Positions 1 to 11,300 of a DNA stretch of 63,574 nt are shown one piece after another; the first letter of the stretch is position 1; every line of letters starts with the position of its first letter. This stretch comes from a virus (lineage: Duplodnaviria > Caudoviricetes), in IMG/VR virus record IMGVR_UViG_3300048672_000387, positions 1 through 63,574 of that record. The stretch is one strand, 5' to 3'. The notes below the pieces were generated by a model. The model did no database searches and was not told the DNA's origin. It saw nothing but the letters and a program-made list of their open reading frames with translations. A program made the position numbers and the translations under genes.

Positions 1-1
1 T

Positions 2-337
2 GAAGTAATTGTATATTTAGGATTAGCAATGCAGCCTCCTCCTGGATATATGATTAGATTTAGCCCTAGAAGTTCATTTACTGGATTTGATTGGGTATTG
101 AATAATGCACCAACCCTAGGAGATGCTGATTTTTTAGACGAGTATAGGTTAAGATTTAGAGCTATACCTAATGATATAGATAATTATGATTTAAAATATC
201 CACCATTTCCATATAAAATTGGTGATAGAGTTGCTCAAATGTGGGTTGAACCTATTTTAAAACTTAATTTTATTGAAAAAGAATTAGTTAATAAAACTGA
301 TAGAAAAGGTGGATTTGGTAGTACTAATAAAAAATAA
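2..337 (+). CDS. dut: dUTPase (5'-truncated by window edge)
   Basis: Frame is open from base 2 (EVIVYLGLAMQPP...). dUTPase motifs: PRSS, GDRVAQ, C-terminal RKGGFGST. Confidence 0.9.
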   Translation, partial: EVIVYLGLAMQPPPGYMIRFSPRSSFTGFDWVLNNAPTLGDADFLDEYRLRFRAIPNDIDNYDLKYPPFPYKIGDRVAQMWVEPILKLNFIEKELVNKTDRKGGFGSTNKK

Positions 338-340
338 AAT

Positions 341-607
341 ATGTTTATACATCAAAAATCAAGTGAAGAACAGCTAAAAGATTTAGCTAATTCTATAGAT
401 AAATTTAATAAACAAAAAGATATGACAGATTTAAATAAAAAATTAATTCAAGCTAGAATAGATGAATTAAAAACACAATTAACAGGTAAATTGTTATTAG
501 ATGGTGAATTACAAGATGAGATTTACAAATTAAAATTACAATTAAATCCTGAAATAGCTAATAATCCTAATTTAGATACAGACGAATGTTTATATTGTGG
601 AAGTTAA
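341..607 (+). CDS. Small helical protein with C-terminal ECLYCGS motif (true start possibly ATG 422)
   Basis: Coiled-coil-like body ending DECLYCGS; in-frame ATG at 422. Confidence 0.7.
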   Translation: MFIHQKSSEEQLKDLANSIDKFNKQKDMTDLNKKLIQARIDELKTQLTGKLLLDGELQDEIYKLKLQLNPEIANNPNLDTDECLYCGS

Positions 608-819
608 GAGAATGTTATAAATGTAAATGGAGTTATCCATTATTTATGTTTAAGAAATCTGAAACTCCACCAATAAAACATTTAAAAGGTAGATGTTATG
701 GATGTAAAATTTGTATGTTTAAAAAATCTAAATATAAAGTTATTAGAAGACAAGATAATGGAACTTATAAAGTTTTACAATTAACATTAAAAGAAAGAAT
801 AAAAGAATTATTCAATTAA
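586..819 (+). CDS. Small basic zinc-finger-like protein
   Basis: CYKC and CYGCKIC Cys pairs; overlaps the upstream gene. Confidence 0.6.
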   Translation: MFILWKLRECYKCKWSYPLFMFKKSETPPIKHLKGRCYGCKICMFKKSKYKVIRRQDNGTYKVLQLTLKERIKELFN

Positions 820-918
820 AATATAGTGTTACCATAAAGCACTTTAACATAAATGGTGGAAGGTCTCTATAATGTCAGGGAACACTTGTAAGTTGCAATG
901 ATAAAACTTTCAAAATAT

Positions 919-950
919 AATAGAAGGAGATAACCTCCTTCTATTTTTTT
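919..950 (+). terminator. Intrinsic terminator between convergent operons
   Basis: AATAGAAGGAG-ataac-CTCCTTCTATT followed by a T run. Confidence 0.8.
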
Positions 951-3900
951 TATTTTGTATTATCAAAATTCCAATTAAATTCATCTGTAGAAAATATATT
1001 AAATCCTACATTATTTCCAGATTTTACATTATTTAAAGCTTTATCAACATCGTATATAGTTGAAAAAGGAGGAAGAATTTTTGCTAATTCATTACTTCCT
1101 TTATATCTACCTTGTTTTGTTTTATCTCCCGTTACTACACTAGTTAAAAATTCTCCTAATGCTTTAGATATTTTCATTAATTTAGCAACTGAAACACTTG
1201 AATATTGAAAATTTTCTAACATATCTAATGGATTCATCCCATCTGAAAGATCTTTAAATATTTTAAACCAACTTTGTGCTAAATACTGTTCTTCTTCATC
1301 ATCATCAAAAGCTAAATTAGTTAAAATCATGCCCATTACAGAAATAAATATTGTTACATAAGAAGATATTAAATCTTCTTTTTGTTTAGAAGATAGTTTT
1401 TCAAAATCATATCTACCGGCTCCAATACCAATTACGTTTTTTAAATGCCCAAACATTAATCTCATTTTACCTTCTATTACTTCTGGTTTCCAAGAGTAAA
1501 TAGATATGCCATCTTTATCTTTACCTATTTCTTGAAATTTACCTAAAGAAGTTGATAATTGTTTACTTTGACCTAAATTCATTAATTGTTGAGGTACAAA
1601 TCTTTTAAATTGCATCATCATTCTACCCCAAGCATATAATTCAATAGCTGCTTTTTCATCATCTCTATAATTTCCATGAATTACAGAACTTATTTTTTTA
1701 TATTTATTTAATTCTTCATAAGTAATTCCTTCAATAATAGACCCATCTTCTCTTTTACCTCTTATTCCACCTTTCCATTCTAAATTATTATTTTCTATTT
1801 CATAACTATCGTAAATAGATTTTCCAGTTTTTTCATTTTTTTTATGTAATAAAATAGCTGTAAAAATAGATCCTGTCCCCCAATCTTCAAATACCGAATG
1901 AAAAACATATAACATATCTTTAGAAACTATGCTATTTTTTTGAGATAAAATATCTTGCCTTTTAACTTTAAAATCAAAAGCATCAGGTAAATAATTATAT
2001 TTTTTTAACAAAAGATGTAATTTATTATCTTTTATTTCTTCTCCAGTAGCATAAGATTTAAGAAAAGCGGTTTGATATTCTAACCAAATTTTATTAGCTT
2101 GCATTAAATTTTCTGTTGTATAATCTAAATCTTCTTCTGGAACTCCATATCGTTTAGCAATTGTTTTAATAATTCTATTTTTATTATTTTGCATTAATGT
2201 ATAAACACCATTTTTTAAACCTGCAAAAGGTTTTAACCACATAGTTCCAGCTGTAACAAATCCTTTTATAAAATCAATTACATTATCTACATCTATTTCA
2301 GAAATTTTATTATTTGAAATCGCTCTTAATCCTTTTTTAGTAAAAGAAGTAGATTTTTTCATTTGAGTTATTTCTATAACTAATCTATCATCTAAAAATT
2401 CTGCATTTTTAAATTTACCTTGTTCAGTAAATTGAGAAGATATTCCATTGCCTAACATTTGTATAGAATCTAAATGTTTTTTTCTTAATAAATTTTTAAC
2501 AAATTGTTTATAAGCTATTTCTGCATTAAATGTATGCATTTGAGAACCTATAATAACATCAGAACCCATGTGTTTAAAAGGTAAAACTTCAGTACCATTT
2601 TTAGCATAAAATTCACTTCTTAAAAAATTATTTTTAAATTTATTGTATTCCCATAAAGCTACATTTTTAGAAAGTCCTTCTTTATCTATAAACTCTCCTA
2701 AATCTAAATATACTCTAGGCATGAAATCTTTTGGTAAAGAAATAGGTTGATTGTTAAATGAAGCATTTGTAACAGGTCTTCCATAAACGTCTATTGAAAC
2801 AACACTATTAGCAACTTCTCCATATAATTTTTCTAAACTTTCTGAAAAAAATTTGACGTACTTTTTTTGAGTATCAGTTAAAGTTTTCCATTTTTCTTTA
2901 TCTAATTCTTCGTTTATTCTATAATACCCTTTATTAGAAGTAGTATTTCTTTCTACCCACATAAAATCGTATAATCCAGTTTGATCTTTAGATTTATATT
3001 TTAACCCTATATTTTTATAATTACCATTAAATTCTTTAAGTAATTGTTTTTGTAAATTATCAAATTCTTCAAATAAAACATCTTCTTCTGTTTTCATTGT
3101 AAATTTAGCTTTATCTAATAAAGTTTTAAATGTTGAAAGAATTGGATCTGAAACTGAAGATAAATTACCAAAATGTCTTTTAAACCAACTAATAGGCCCT
3201 TCTTCAGAAATTAAAGAAACCGGTAATGCAGAACTATATTCTAATCTTTTAGAAGTAGCTTCTCTAAGTTTCCATTTTAAAATACCTTTAGTTTTTTCAT
3301 TTTTTTCTACTTTAATTTGATTATTTAAAATCACTATTTCTTCATCTAATTTTTTTAAAGTATTTTCTTTATTTTCAATAATTTTTTCATCTTGTACAAT
3401 TTGTACACCGTATTCAAAATAATCAAATAAATTTCTATCATTTAATTCTTTATATAAAACAGGATCTGTTTTACTAAAATGCTCTTCTAACATTTTTAAA
3501 TAAGAAGGTAAATGAATATCGTAAGTAGTAACAAGAGTATTTTTATTTAAATGTTCAATAGATAATTTTCTAAATTTAACTTCTGGATTTTTAAATTTAA
3601 TCATTAAAGCTCTTAACACTACTTCTAATCTAGCTTTATCTAATTTACTATCTTTAATATCTTCTATTTGATTTCCAAATTCTCCTAATAATGAAGTAGT
3701 TAAAGAATCATTTAATAAATTACCTGTTTTCCAATCTTTAATAGAAATTGTACCGTCAGTATGTTCAACTAACCCATCTATTGTAGTACCAATACCTAAT
3801 TGTTCTAAAACATAAGGTAATTCTGATAAAATTTTATCTTGTTGATCTTTTGTAAAAGTTTTATCTAATACATTAATTCCAACAATATTCATTATTTTTT

Positions 3901-5350
3901 CTATATTATTTTCAATCCAATTTAATTTAACTAAATTAATTGCAGATGATTCTGTATCTCCAGCAGCTAAAGCTTCAATTTTAGCGTTAATGTCAGCAGT
4001 ACTTACACCAAGTTTTATTTTAATTGCTTTTTCTATTAAAGCATGTGCTATTATACCATAATTTTTAGCAGTATTAAAATCTAATTTAATTTCATTTGTT
4101 AATTCTTCTAATGTAATTTTTGTACCATCAGGTTTTAATCCATAAACTATTCCATTTTCAGTTTCTTGAGGTAATTTAGAAAATCTTTTTTCAGCATATT
4201 CTTTTTGCCAATTTTGACTTTTACTTTTACTAAAAGTATTTCTAACCCATTCTGTTAAACGAATATATGTTTTATTATTTTTATCTTGATAAGTGGCTCC
4301 TTCAACTCTCCATTGTCCATCTTTAGCTTGTTGTTCAATATTGTCTATAATACTGTAAGTTGGTTTAAACAAAAACTCTACTGGAAGTATTACATTTTCA
4401 GTATTAATTATTTGAGCTAAAGTATCTAATGACATTTTAGGAGATAAATTTTCAAATTGAATATTATTTTTACTTTGAAATATAGAATTAAAAAATTTAC
4501 TTAGTTCTTTATATAAAGTTTTTAATAAAGAAGTTGTTTCTTCTATATTTTTTTTTGAATTATTAAATTCTTTATTTAAAATTTGAGCTAATTTTTGGGT
4601 TACTAATTCTTTTTCTTTATCTTTTACAGTAAAACCTACATATCTAGTAATAATACTTGTTTTTAATTTTGTATCTAACATAGCTTCAGCTAACAAATTA
4701 TCAAAAAGTTCTTTATTATTAGTAGAAAGATATTGAATAAAAGGGTGTAAAAATTCTTCTATCATTGTTTCAGAATTTACTTTTCCTTTTATAAAATAAA
4801 CAGTATCATTTAATATAAAACTATTTGCATTTTGTCCTTTTTCTCCTACTAACTCTACAGCCTGTTCTACAGAAATTGTTTTGTATTTAATAGATGGAAA
4901 TTTAGATTGTATTTTTTTTAAAATATATTCATCAAATTTTTCTATTTTTAAAGTATCTTTTTTTAATATATCCACTTTAAAAGTATTACTATCAATAGGT
5001 TTTAATTGAGCAATTAAAGTTTTATATTTATTATTAATTGCATTAATTAATTTATATATTTCAGTAGGTTCAATTGATTTATTTATAAAAGGGTATTCTT
5101 TTAACAAATCTTGATATTCTTTGTTAAAAGAAGGTATGTCTTTATTTAAACTAAAAGTAGGTTTAATATAATTTATATTGCCTAATATTTCATTTGCTTC
5201 AATTATTGAAGGTATAGTTGGCTCATTAGTAATTTTATTATTTAAAATATTTTTATTTTTTAAATACCAAGCACTATAAGCACCTGCTTCTCCAAATTGA
5301 GAAACAAGTGCTTTATATTCTTGTGATGATTTATTAGGGCAAAAACTCAT
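950..5350 (-). CDS. Large virion/ejected protein with zincin-like (EEFLH) and PD-(D/E)xK nuclease-like domains
   Basis: 1466 aa, directly downstream of the RNAP gene as in crAss-like phages. Motifs GIIAHALIE..SELP..IDGLV..IKDWKTG. Hydrophobic segment near the C-terminus. Confidence 0.75.
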   Translation of the reverse strand: MSFCPNKSSQEYKALVSQFGEAGAYSAWYLKNKNILNNKITNEPTIPSIIEANEILGNINYIKPTFSLNKDIPSFNKEYQDLLKEYPFINKSIEPTEIYKLINAINNKYKTLIAQLKPIDSNTFKVDILKKDTLKIEKFDEYILKKIQSKFPSIKYKTISVEQAVELVGEKGQNANSFILNDTVYFIKGKVNSETMIEEFLHPFIQYLSTNNKELFDNLLAEAMLDTKLKTSIITRYVGFTVKDKEKELVTQKLAQILNKEFNNSKKNIEETTSLLKTLYKELSKFFNSIFQSKNNIQFENLSPKMSLDTLAQIINTENVILPVEFLFKPTYSIIDNIEQQAKDGQWRVEGATYQDKNNKTYIRLTEWVRNTFSKSKSQNWQKEYAEKRFSKLPQETENGIVYGLKPDGTKITLEELTNEIKLDFNTAKNYGIIAHALIEKAIKIKLGVSTADINAKIEALAAGDTESSAINLVKLNWIENNIEKIMNIVGINVLDKTFTKDQQDKILSELPYVLEQLGIGTTIDGLVEHTDGTISIKDWKTGNLLNDSLTTSLLGEFGNQIEDIKDSKLDKARLEVVLRALMIKFKNPEVKFRKLSIEHLNKNTLVTTYDIHLPSYLKMLEEHFSKTDPVLYKELNDRNLFDYFEYGVQIVQDEKIIENKENTLKKLDEEIVILNNQIKVEKNEKTKGILKWKLREATSKRLEYSSALPVSLISEEGPISWFKRHFGNLSSVSDPILSTFKTLLDKAKFTMKTEEDVLFEEFDNLQKQLLKEFNGNYKNIGLKYKSKDQTGLYDFMWVERNTTSNKGYYRINEELDKEKWKTLTDTQKKYVKFFSESLEKLYGEVANSVVSIDVYGRPVTNASFNNQPISLPKDFMPRVYLDLGEFIDKEGLSKNVALWEYNKFKNNFLRSEFYAKNGTEVLPFKHMGSDVIIGSQMHTFNAEIAYKQFVKNLLRKKHLDSIQMLGNGISSQFTEQGKFKNAEFLDDRLVIEITQMKKSTSFTKKGLRAISNNKISEIDVDNVIDFIKGFVTAGTMWLKPFAGLKNGVYTLMQNNKNRIIKTIAKRYGVPEEDLDYTTENLMQANKIWLEYQTAFLKSYATGEEIKDNKLHLLLKKYNYLPDAFDFKVKRQDILSQKNSIVSKDMLYVFHSVFEDWGTGSIFTAILLHKKNEKTGKSIYDSYEIENNNLEWKGGIRGKREDGSIIEGITYEELNKYKKISSVIHGNYRDDEKAAIELYAWGRMMMQFKRFVPQQLMNLGQSKQLSTSLGKFQEIGKDKDGISIYSWKPEVIEGKMRLMFGHLKNVIGIGAGRYDFEKLSSKQKEDLISSYVTIFISVMGMILTNLAFDDDEEEQYLAQSWFKIFKDLSDGMNPLDMLENFQYSSVSVAKLMKISKALGEFLTSVVTGDKTKQGRYKGSNELAKILPPFSTIYDVDKALNNVKSGNNVGFNIFSTDEFNWNFDNTK

Positions 5351-5351
5351 A

Positions 5352-8300
5352 TTAACAATTATTTTTTATTTTATGTAAAGCTATTTCTGATATAAATCCT
5401 TCAGCTATTAATTTTTTAAATTCTTGTGAATTTACAATTTCTGCTTCAGAAACAATAGTATTTACAAAAGTAGGTGAAGTTAAAGTATAATCAAAAGTTT
5501 TATTTTTATTTTCTTCTACACTTTCTATTTGATATTCTATCATATTCATTCTAGTAATGTCAGAATAATTTAATAATCTAATTTTAGAACCTATTTGATA
5601 TTTATATTCACTTGTAAAAGATTGTTCTTTATTGTTACTAACTTTAACAGTTCTTACATTAGAGTCAAAAGCTATATTAACATTATATTTTCCTATTAAA
5701 TTAATACTACTAAATTGATAGCCTTTAATTTTAGTAAAATCTCCAACATTTGCATATTTCCATTCAGTATTAGTAGAATCTTCTAATTTAACATATAGTG
5801 TATCACCAATAGTATAAAACATTTCAGGTTCTGAAAATTTTTCTTTATTTAATAATATTCCAGAAAAATTAGTAGCTTTTGAATATTGTTCTTTATTTAA
5901 ATATTTTACATATTTTTTAGCGTTATTCATAGCAAATTGTAACACAAAATTAGATTTTACTTGATCTAATAAAGTTTTAAATTCATTTGGAATAGAAGAT
6001 AATTTAATAAAATAACTATTATATTTTTCCATTAAAGGTTCGTACATTTCATTAGGTATTATTAAAGAATAAGAACTATTTCCAAATCTAAGTCCTTGAT
6101 TTATAACAGCATATTTAATAAATTCATATTGTAATTTAGTATATTGTCCATTTTCTTTCAAAGACATAAAATCTAATTGTAATTTTAAAAGATCTGCTTG
6201 ATCTATATTTTTAGCCACATCAAATGAAAAAGTTTTAGTTTTTTTATTTAAATATAAATTATTTAAAAATTTATTGTTAGGATTAGCTTTTCTAAGTGCA
6301 AAAATTTCTTCCGTAAATCTTCTGTTAAAAGCATCTGTTCCTGTATATGTTTTTCCATTAGAACTAACATATTCAGGTTCGTCTAAAGTTGAATTATTAA
6401 TTTCATACCCTTCTTTAGTAGTATAAGACATACCTGAAAGTAAATATTGTAACAAAGATTCTCTCAAATTACTTTCAGCTTCTAATTCTTTATTTCCTAA
6501 TTTAAAAATATTTAAACTATTAATTTCTTTAGAAAATTCTTGCAAAACAGGATTGTGAATATAAAATAATCTTTCCATTTTACTTTTAAGAGTTTTAAGA
6601 ACATTAAAAGCTTTATTTATATGAGGAAGCATTATAGGATCAACATTTTCAAAAACATTTTCAGTTTTATCTACAGTATTTTCATCTATTTTATCAGTTT
6701 TTAATTTAATAGCATCAATTGTTTCTATTACATTTTCTAATTTATCAAAAGTAATATCAAATCCTTTCAAAATAGAATAGGCTGTTTTACCCTTACCTAT
6801 ATTAGAAGCTATCATTTCTCCTTTTCTAATTGTATCTGTTAAAACTTTTAATTGAAGAATTAAATCTTCATAATTCATTTCTTCTAAAGGTTTGTTATAA
6901 ATGTTTTCTAAAAGTTCATTAGTTATTTTTAAATTTTCAATATCTAAATTAATTTTAACTTTATCTTCTTCAGTTACATCTTCTACGTTTTTATTTAAAA
7001 GTTTATAAACATTTTCTATATACATAGTTCTAGCTTTTTTATACCCTCTATTAAAACTGGTTTCAGTATTAAGTAAGTTAATAATAGGCTGTTTCATTAA
7101 CAAAACAATATCATTTAAAGGAATACCCATTGCAATCATAGATACAGCTACATTACCTGTATTGTTAGTAAATCCTATAATAGATAAAATTTGTTCTTTA
7201 ACATTATCAATAGCTGCATTTACTAACGAATCTATACTTTCAGTTATTGTAGGTTTTGATTTAATGGCATTGCCTTTATCATCATAATTAACTATAATAT
7301 CATCTATATTTTCATAATAATCAAATCCTTTATATGTTTTACCGTTTATTTCTATATGGTAAGCTTCTTTTAGTTCTGGATATTTATTATCAACAGTAGA
7401 TTGAAAGTAATAAGCTATAACTTTAGCCATATCAGCAAAAACACCAGTTAAAGCTGTTCCACTAAAATTATCTTTATGCATGAGCATTTGTTCTTCTAAA
7501 TTATATAGATCTCTTTCTTTAAAAATATATTCATTTCTTTTTTTTTCCCATGCTTTAATAGCTTCGTTATAATCTTCTTTTTTGTTAAAATTTTCAAAAA
7601 AAGGTTTAGGAACATTAAATCCTTCTAATCTAGATACTAAATCAAAAGTAGATTCTGTTTCAATTCCAGTACCTTTAAATCTATCCATTGTAATAGGTGA
7701 CACCATTAATTCTTCATTTACTTTATCAGTTATAATTTTTAAAAATGAATCTACTACTACATTTTTATAATAAGATACTTTTAATTCTTTAAGAGCTTTA
7801 TATTTATTTTTATATTCTTTTAAACCTATTATATCTTTATTATTTTTAGCAGTATGTATAGAATTTAAAACATTATACATTTCTTCTTGTACTTCATTTA
7901 ACCATTCTTTACTTAATTTATTATTTTTATACCCAATCATAGAACCTTCTTCTTGAAGAATTGTTCCGTCTTGTTTGTATATAGTTTTAGAATCATGTGA
8001 ACTTCTTCTCATTACATATAATTTATCCACATCATAATCTGAACCGTGAAAAAATGTAATTGCTCCTGGGGCTATAATAACATTTTTATTACTAGGGTAA
8101 TACCCTACAACTTTAAGCGGAATAGCTGAATGGAGTTCTGTAGAGGGAATACGAAATCCTAACATAGTATCAAACATTATAGAATCTCCTATTTTAATTT
8201 TATCTTTCCAAAAATCAGGTAAAACTACTTCTGCATATCCGTCTTTATCTCTCCATTTTAAATCTTCTTTTATTAACTGCCCTTCTTTATTATAGTATTC

Positions 8301-11300
8301 TGTTGTACCAAAAGCAGATTGTAATACTAAACCTCCCCCTGGAATACGAATAGCTACAGTAGCTTTTGAAAAAAAAGAAGATAAATTTATAATCATTTTT
8401 TTAACTAAAAAAGGAGTATTTATTCCTAATTTAGAATTAGCTATAAATTCATTTTGTCTTTGATCTGTTTCAGTATTTTGTTTACTAATAGATTTTTTTC
8501 TTAAAGCATCTTGTTGTTTAATAAGTTCTTCAGTACCAGATTCATTATCTTCAATCCTATTTTGCATTTTTAATTCAGATAATAATTCATTTCTACCCAT
8601 TTCCATTAATTGAGCTTGAGCATCAAATAAATCTGCTGTAACTTCAGTATTTTTACCACTAAAATTAGCAAAATAACCTAATTGTGTAGGAAAAGCAGAT
8701 TCTTCTTTTTCTACATTATGTTCAGGATTAGATTGTATTCTATAATTTTCATTTTGTAAAGTAATTATTGAATTTTCATTAAAAATTAATTCATTGTTTT
8801 CATTAATTTTAGCAATTTGTAAAGGCTTGCCTACTTTAACTGCTGATTCAAAAACCATTTCATCTACATTATTTTCTTCTAAAATTGTTCTTATTTTAGC
8901 TAATTGAGGGAAAATTTTTATTAATTCATCTGTTAATTCAACACAAGAATATTTTACAGCTCTAGGTATTCCATTTTCATCAATTTCAAAATGAACAGGT
9001 TTAATTATACTACCTAAATTAAAAGCTTCTCCAAAACCTAATCTTAATTCTGATGCTCTTTTAGGAGTCATAAATCCTTGAGCATCTGTAATATCATAAT
9101 CTTTACCCCATATTTTTAAAAATTGTACAAAATCATTTCCTAAGACACCTTTTACATCTTCAACAACTAAAGACTTATATTTTTCAGGTAAAGCAAATTC
9201 AGAAACTACCCCTTTATATCCAGTTGCAAAAGCAATAGACATACGTTTAATAACATCAAATGAATTTTTATAAAATGCTTCATCTCCAGCAACTAATTGA
9301 TTTAATTGATGAGAATTAATATAATTATTAGCATAATATAAAGCACCTAAATTTTTTATATTTTCAGCATCCTGTTCTTCAGCAGTATCAAAACTTTTTT
9401 GTTTAAATTTATTAGCTATTGTTTTTAATTGATTAGTGTTTATATAATTTTCTATTTCTAAAATATTATTTACATTTTTATTTTTAAATAAATTTAAAAG
9501 TTCTTTAGAATATTCTTCAATAGATCTTTCTCCTTTAGGTAATAATTTTTCAAAACTGTTAAGATTTTTATATTTAATTTTTTTATAATTTCTTGATTCT
9601 TCTTGTTTTAAAATAGCAGTTATAGCTTTTTCAATTTTATCCCAATTTAAAAAATCAATTTCAGCACTAACAATATTAGGTTTATTAGAAATAGTTAAAA
9701 ATTGTTGAATGTACTTTCCATTAGATGACATTTGAGATAAAAAGAAATATTTAAAATTTCTTCTAAACCAATCTGTTTCAGATTCATTTTTATATCTAAC
9801 TCCACCTTCTTCATTTTCTTTTTTAATACCGTCAAAATTTATATATCTATATATTTTATTAATATTAGCACCATTAAAAATATTTTGTTTAAAAAAATCA
9901 GAATTTAAAAAACTAGGTTTTTTAAATAAATTTTCATCTACAAAACTTTGTAAAGTATTAATAGCTTGAGAAGCTAATGTAAATAAATAAGCAGTTTTAC
10001 CATCTATTCTTCTATAATTAGGGTTTCTTAAATCATTTTCTTCAACTATTTGAGTATCAGCTAATGTATTCATATAACCATTAAAATTTTGTAATATTTG
10101 AGATTCAAATTCTTCTATATCTCCTTCTTTAACTACAAAAGATTCAAATCCTGACATTAATGCTATAATAGCATCTTTTGTAGAAGTATCTGAAGATTTT
10201 AAAGAAACCCCAAACATTTTTTCAAAAGTTTGTTTAATAGTTTTATTTATTTCTTCAATAAAAGCAGTTGATTTTTTATCTTGATTTTTGCTTTTATCTA
10301 ATTTAGAAAGTTTATAATATAAATCTAAAATTTCTTTTTTATTTGAATTTAAATTTTCTATTAAATTGGTTATTAAATTATTTACAATAGTAACTCTTTG
10401 GATTTCTTTAGTTGCGTTTTTAAGAGTATGTCTATAATTAGTTTTTCCTCCTCCATATTCACCATACATTACTTGCTGTCTATACAAAGAAGATACTTGA
10501 GTTAATAATTCAACTAAAGTATTTTGATAACTTTTTTGTAAAAATAAAATAGACAATTGTTGTAAATCTAAATTAGAATTATTTTCTAAATTTATTATAC
10601 GATTAAAAAAAGTAGCATTGTTTTCATTTTTATTTCTTTTAATATAAGATGTTTTACCAGTATCTTCTATTTTAGATATTGTATTTTCATTTATAAATTT
10701 ATATCCTTTTATTACTTTTATTCCTTTAAAATACCCATTTATAGGATATGAATAATCTATTAAAGTATTTATATAATTTTGAATAGCATCAACATCTGAA
10801 TGTCTAGAAGATAATTTTTTAAATTTAGCAAATCTTTTATTTATTTCTTTACTTAAAGAATCAGAATCCATATTAGTATTAAGATTAGACAATGTTTCTA
10901 AACAAGTTAAATAAGCAAATCTAAAAGATACTATTTTATTTTTATTTATAATAGAAGAAAGCCCTCTTTTTACACTTTCAGATATATTAGTTTCATGATT
11001 TGTTTGTTCAGCATCGTTAATATCTTCAGTCCAATCTCCTCCTAAAATTTCAGAACCTTCAGCAGTTTCAGTATATATAACATTACCTTGAAATAAATCT
11101 TTTATCATATTATCATATATTTTTTTATTAGATAATGTAGATAATGATTTAATATTTAAAATATCTTCTTCAGTTTTATCTTTAATTTCTAAAAGTTCTT
11201 TTAAATGGTCTAAAATATCATCGTATATAATTCCATAAACATCTTCGTTTCTTTCCGGAACTTGTTCTTGCTCTAAATTTTCTTTAGAAATATCTAACAT

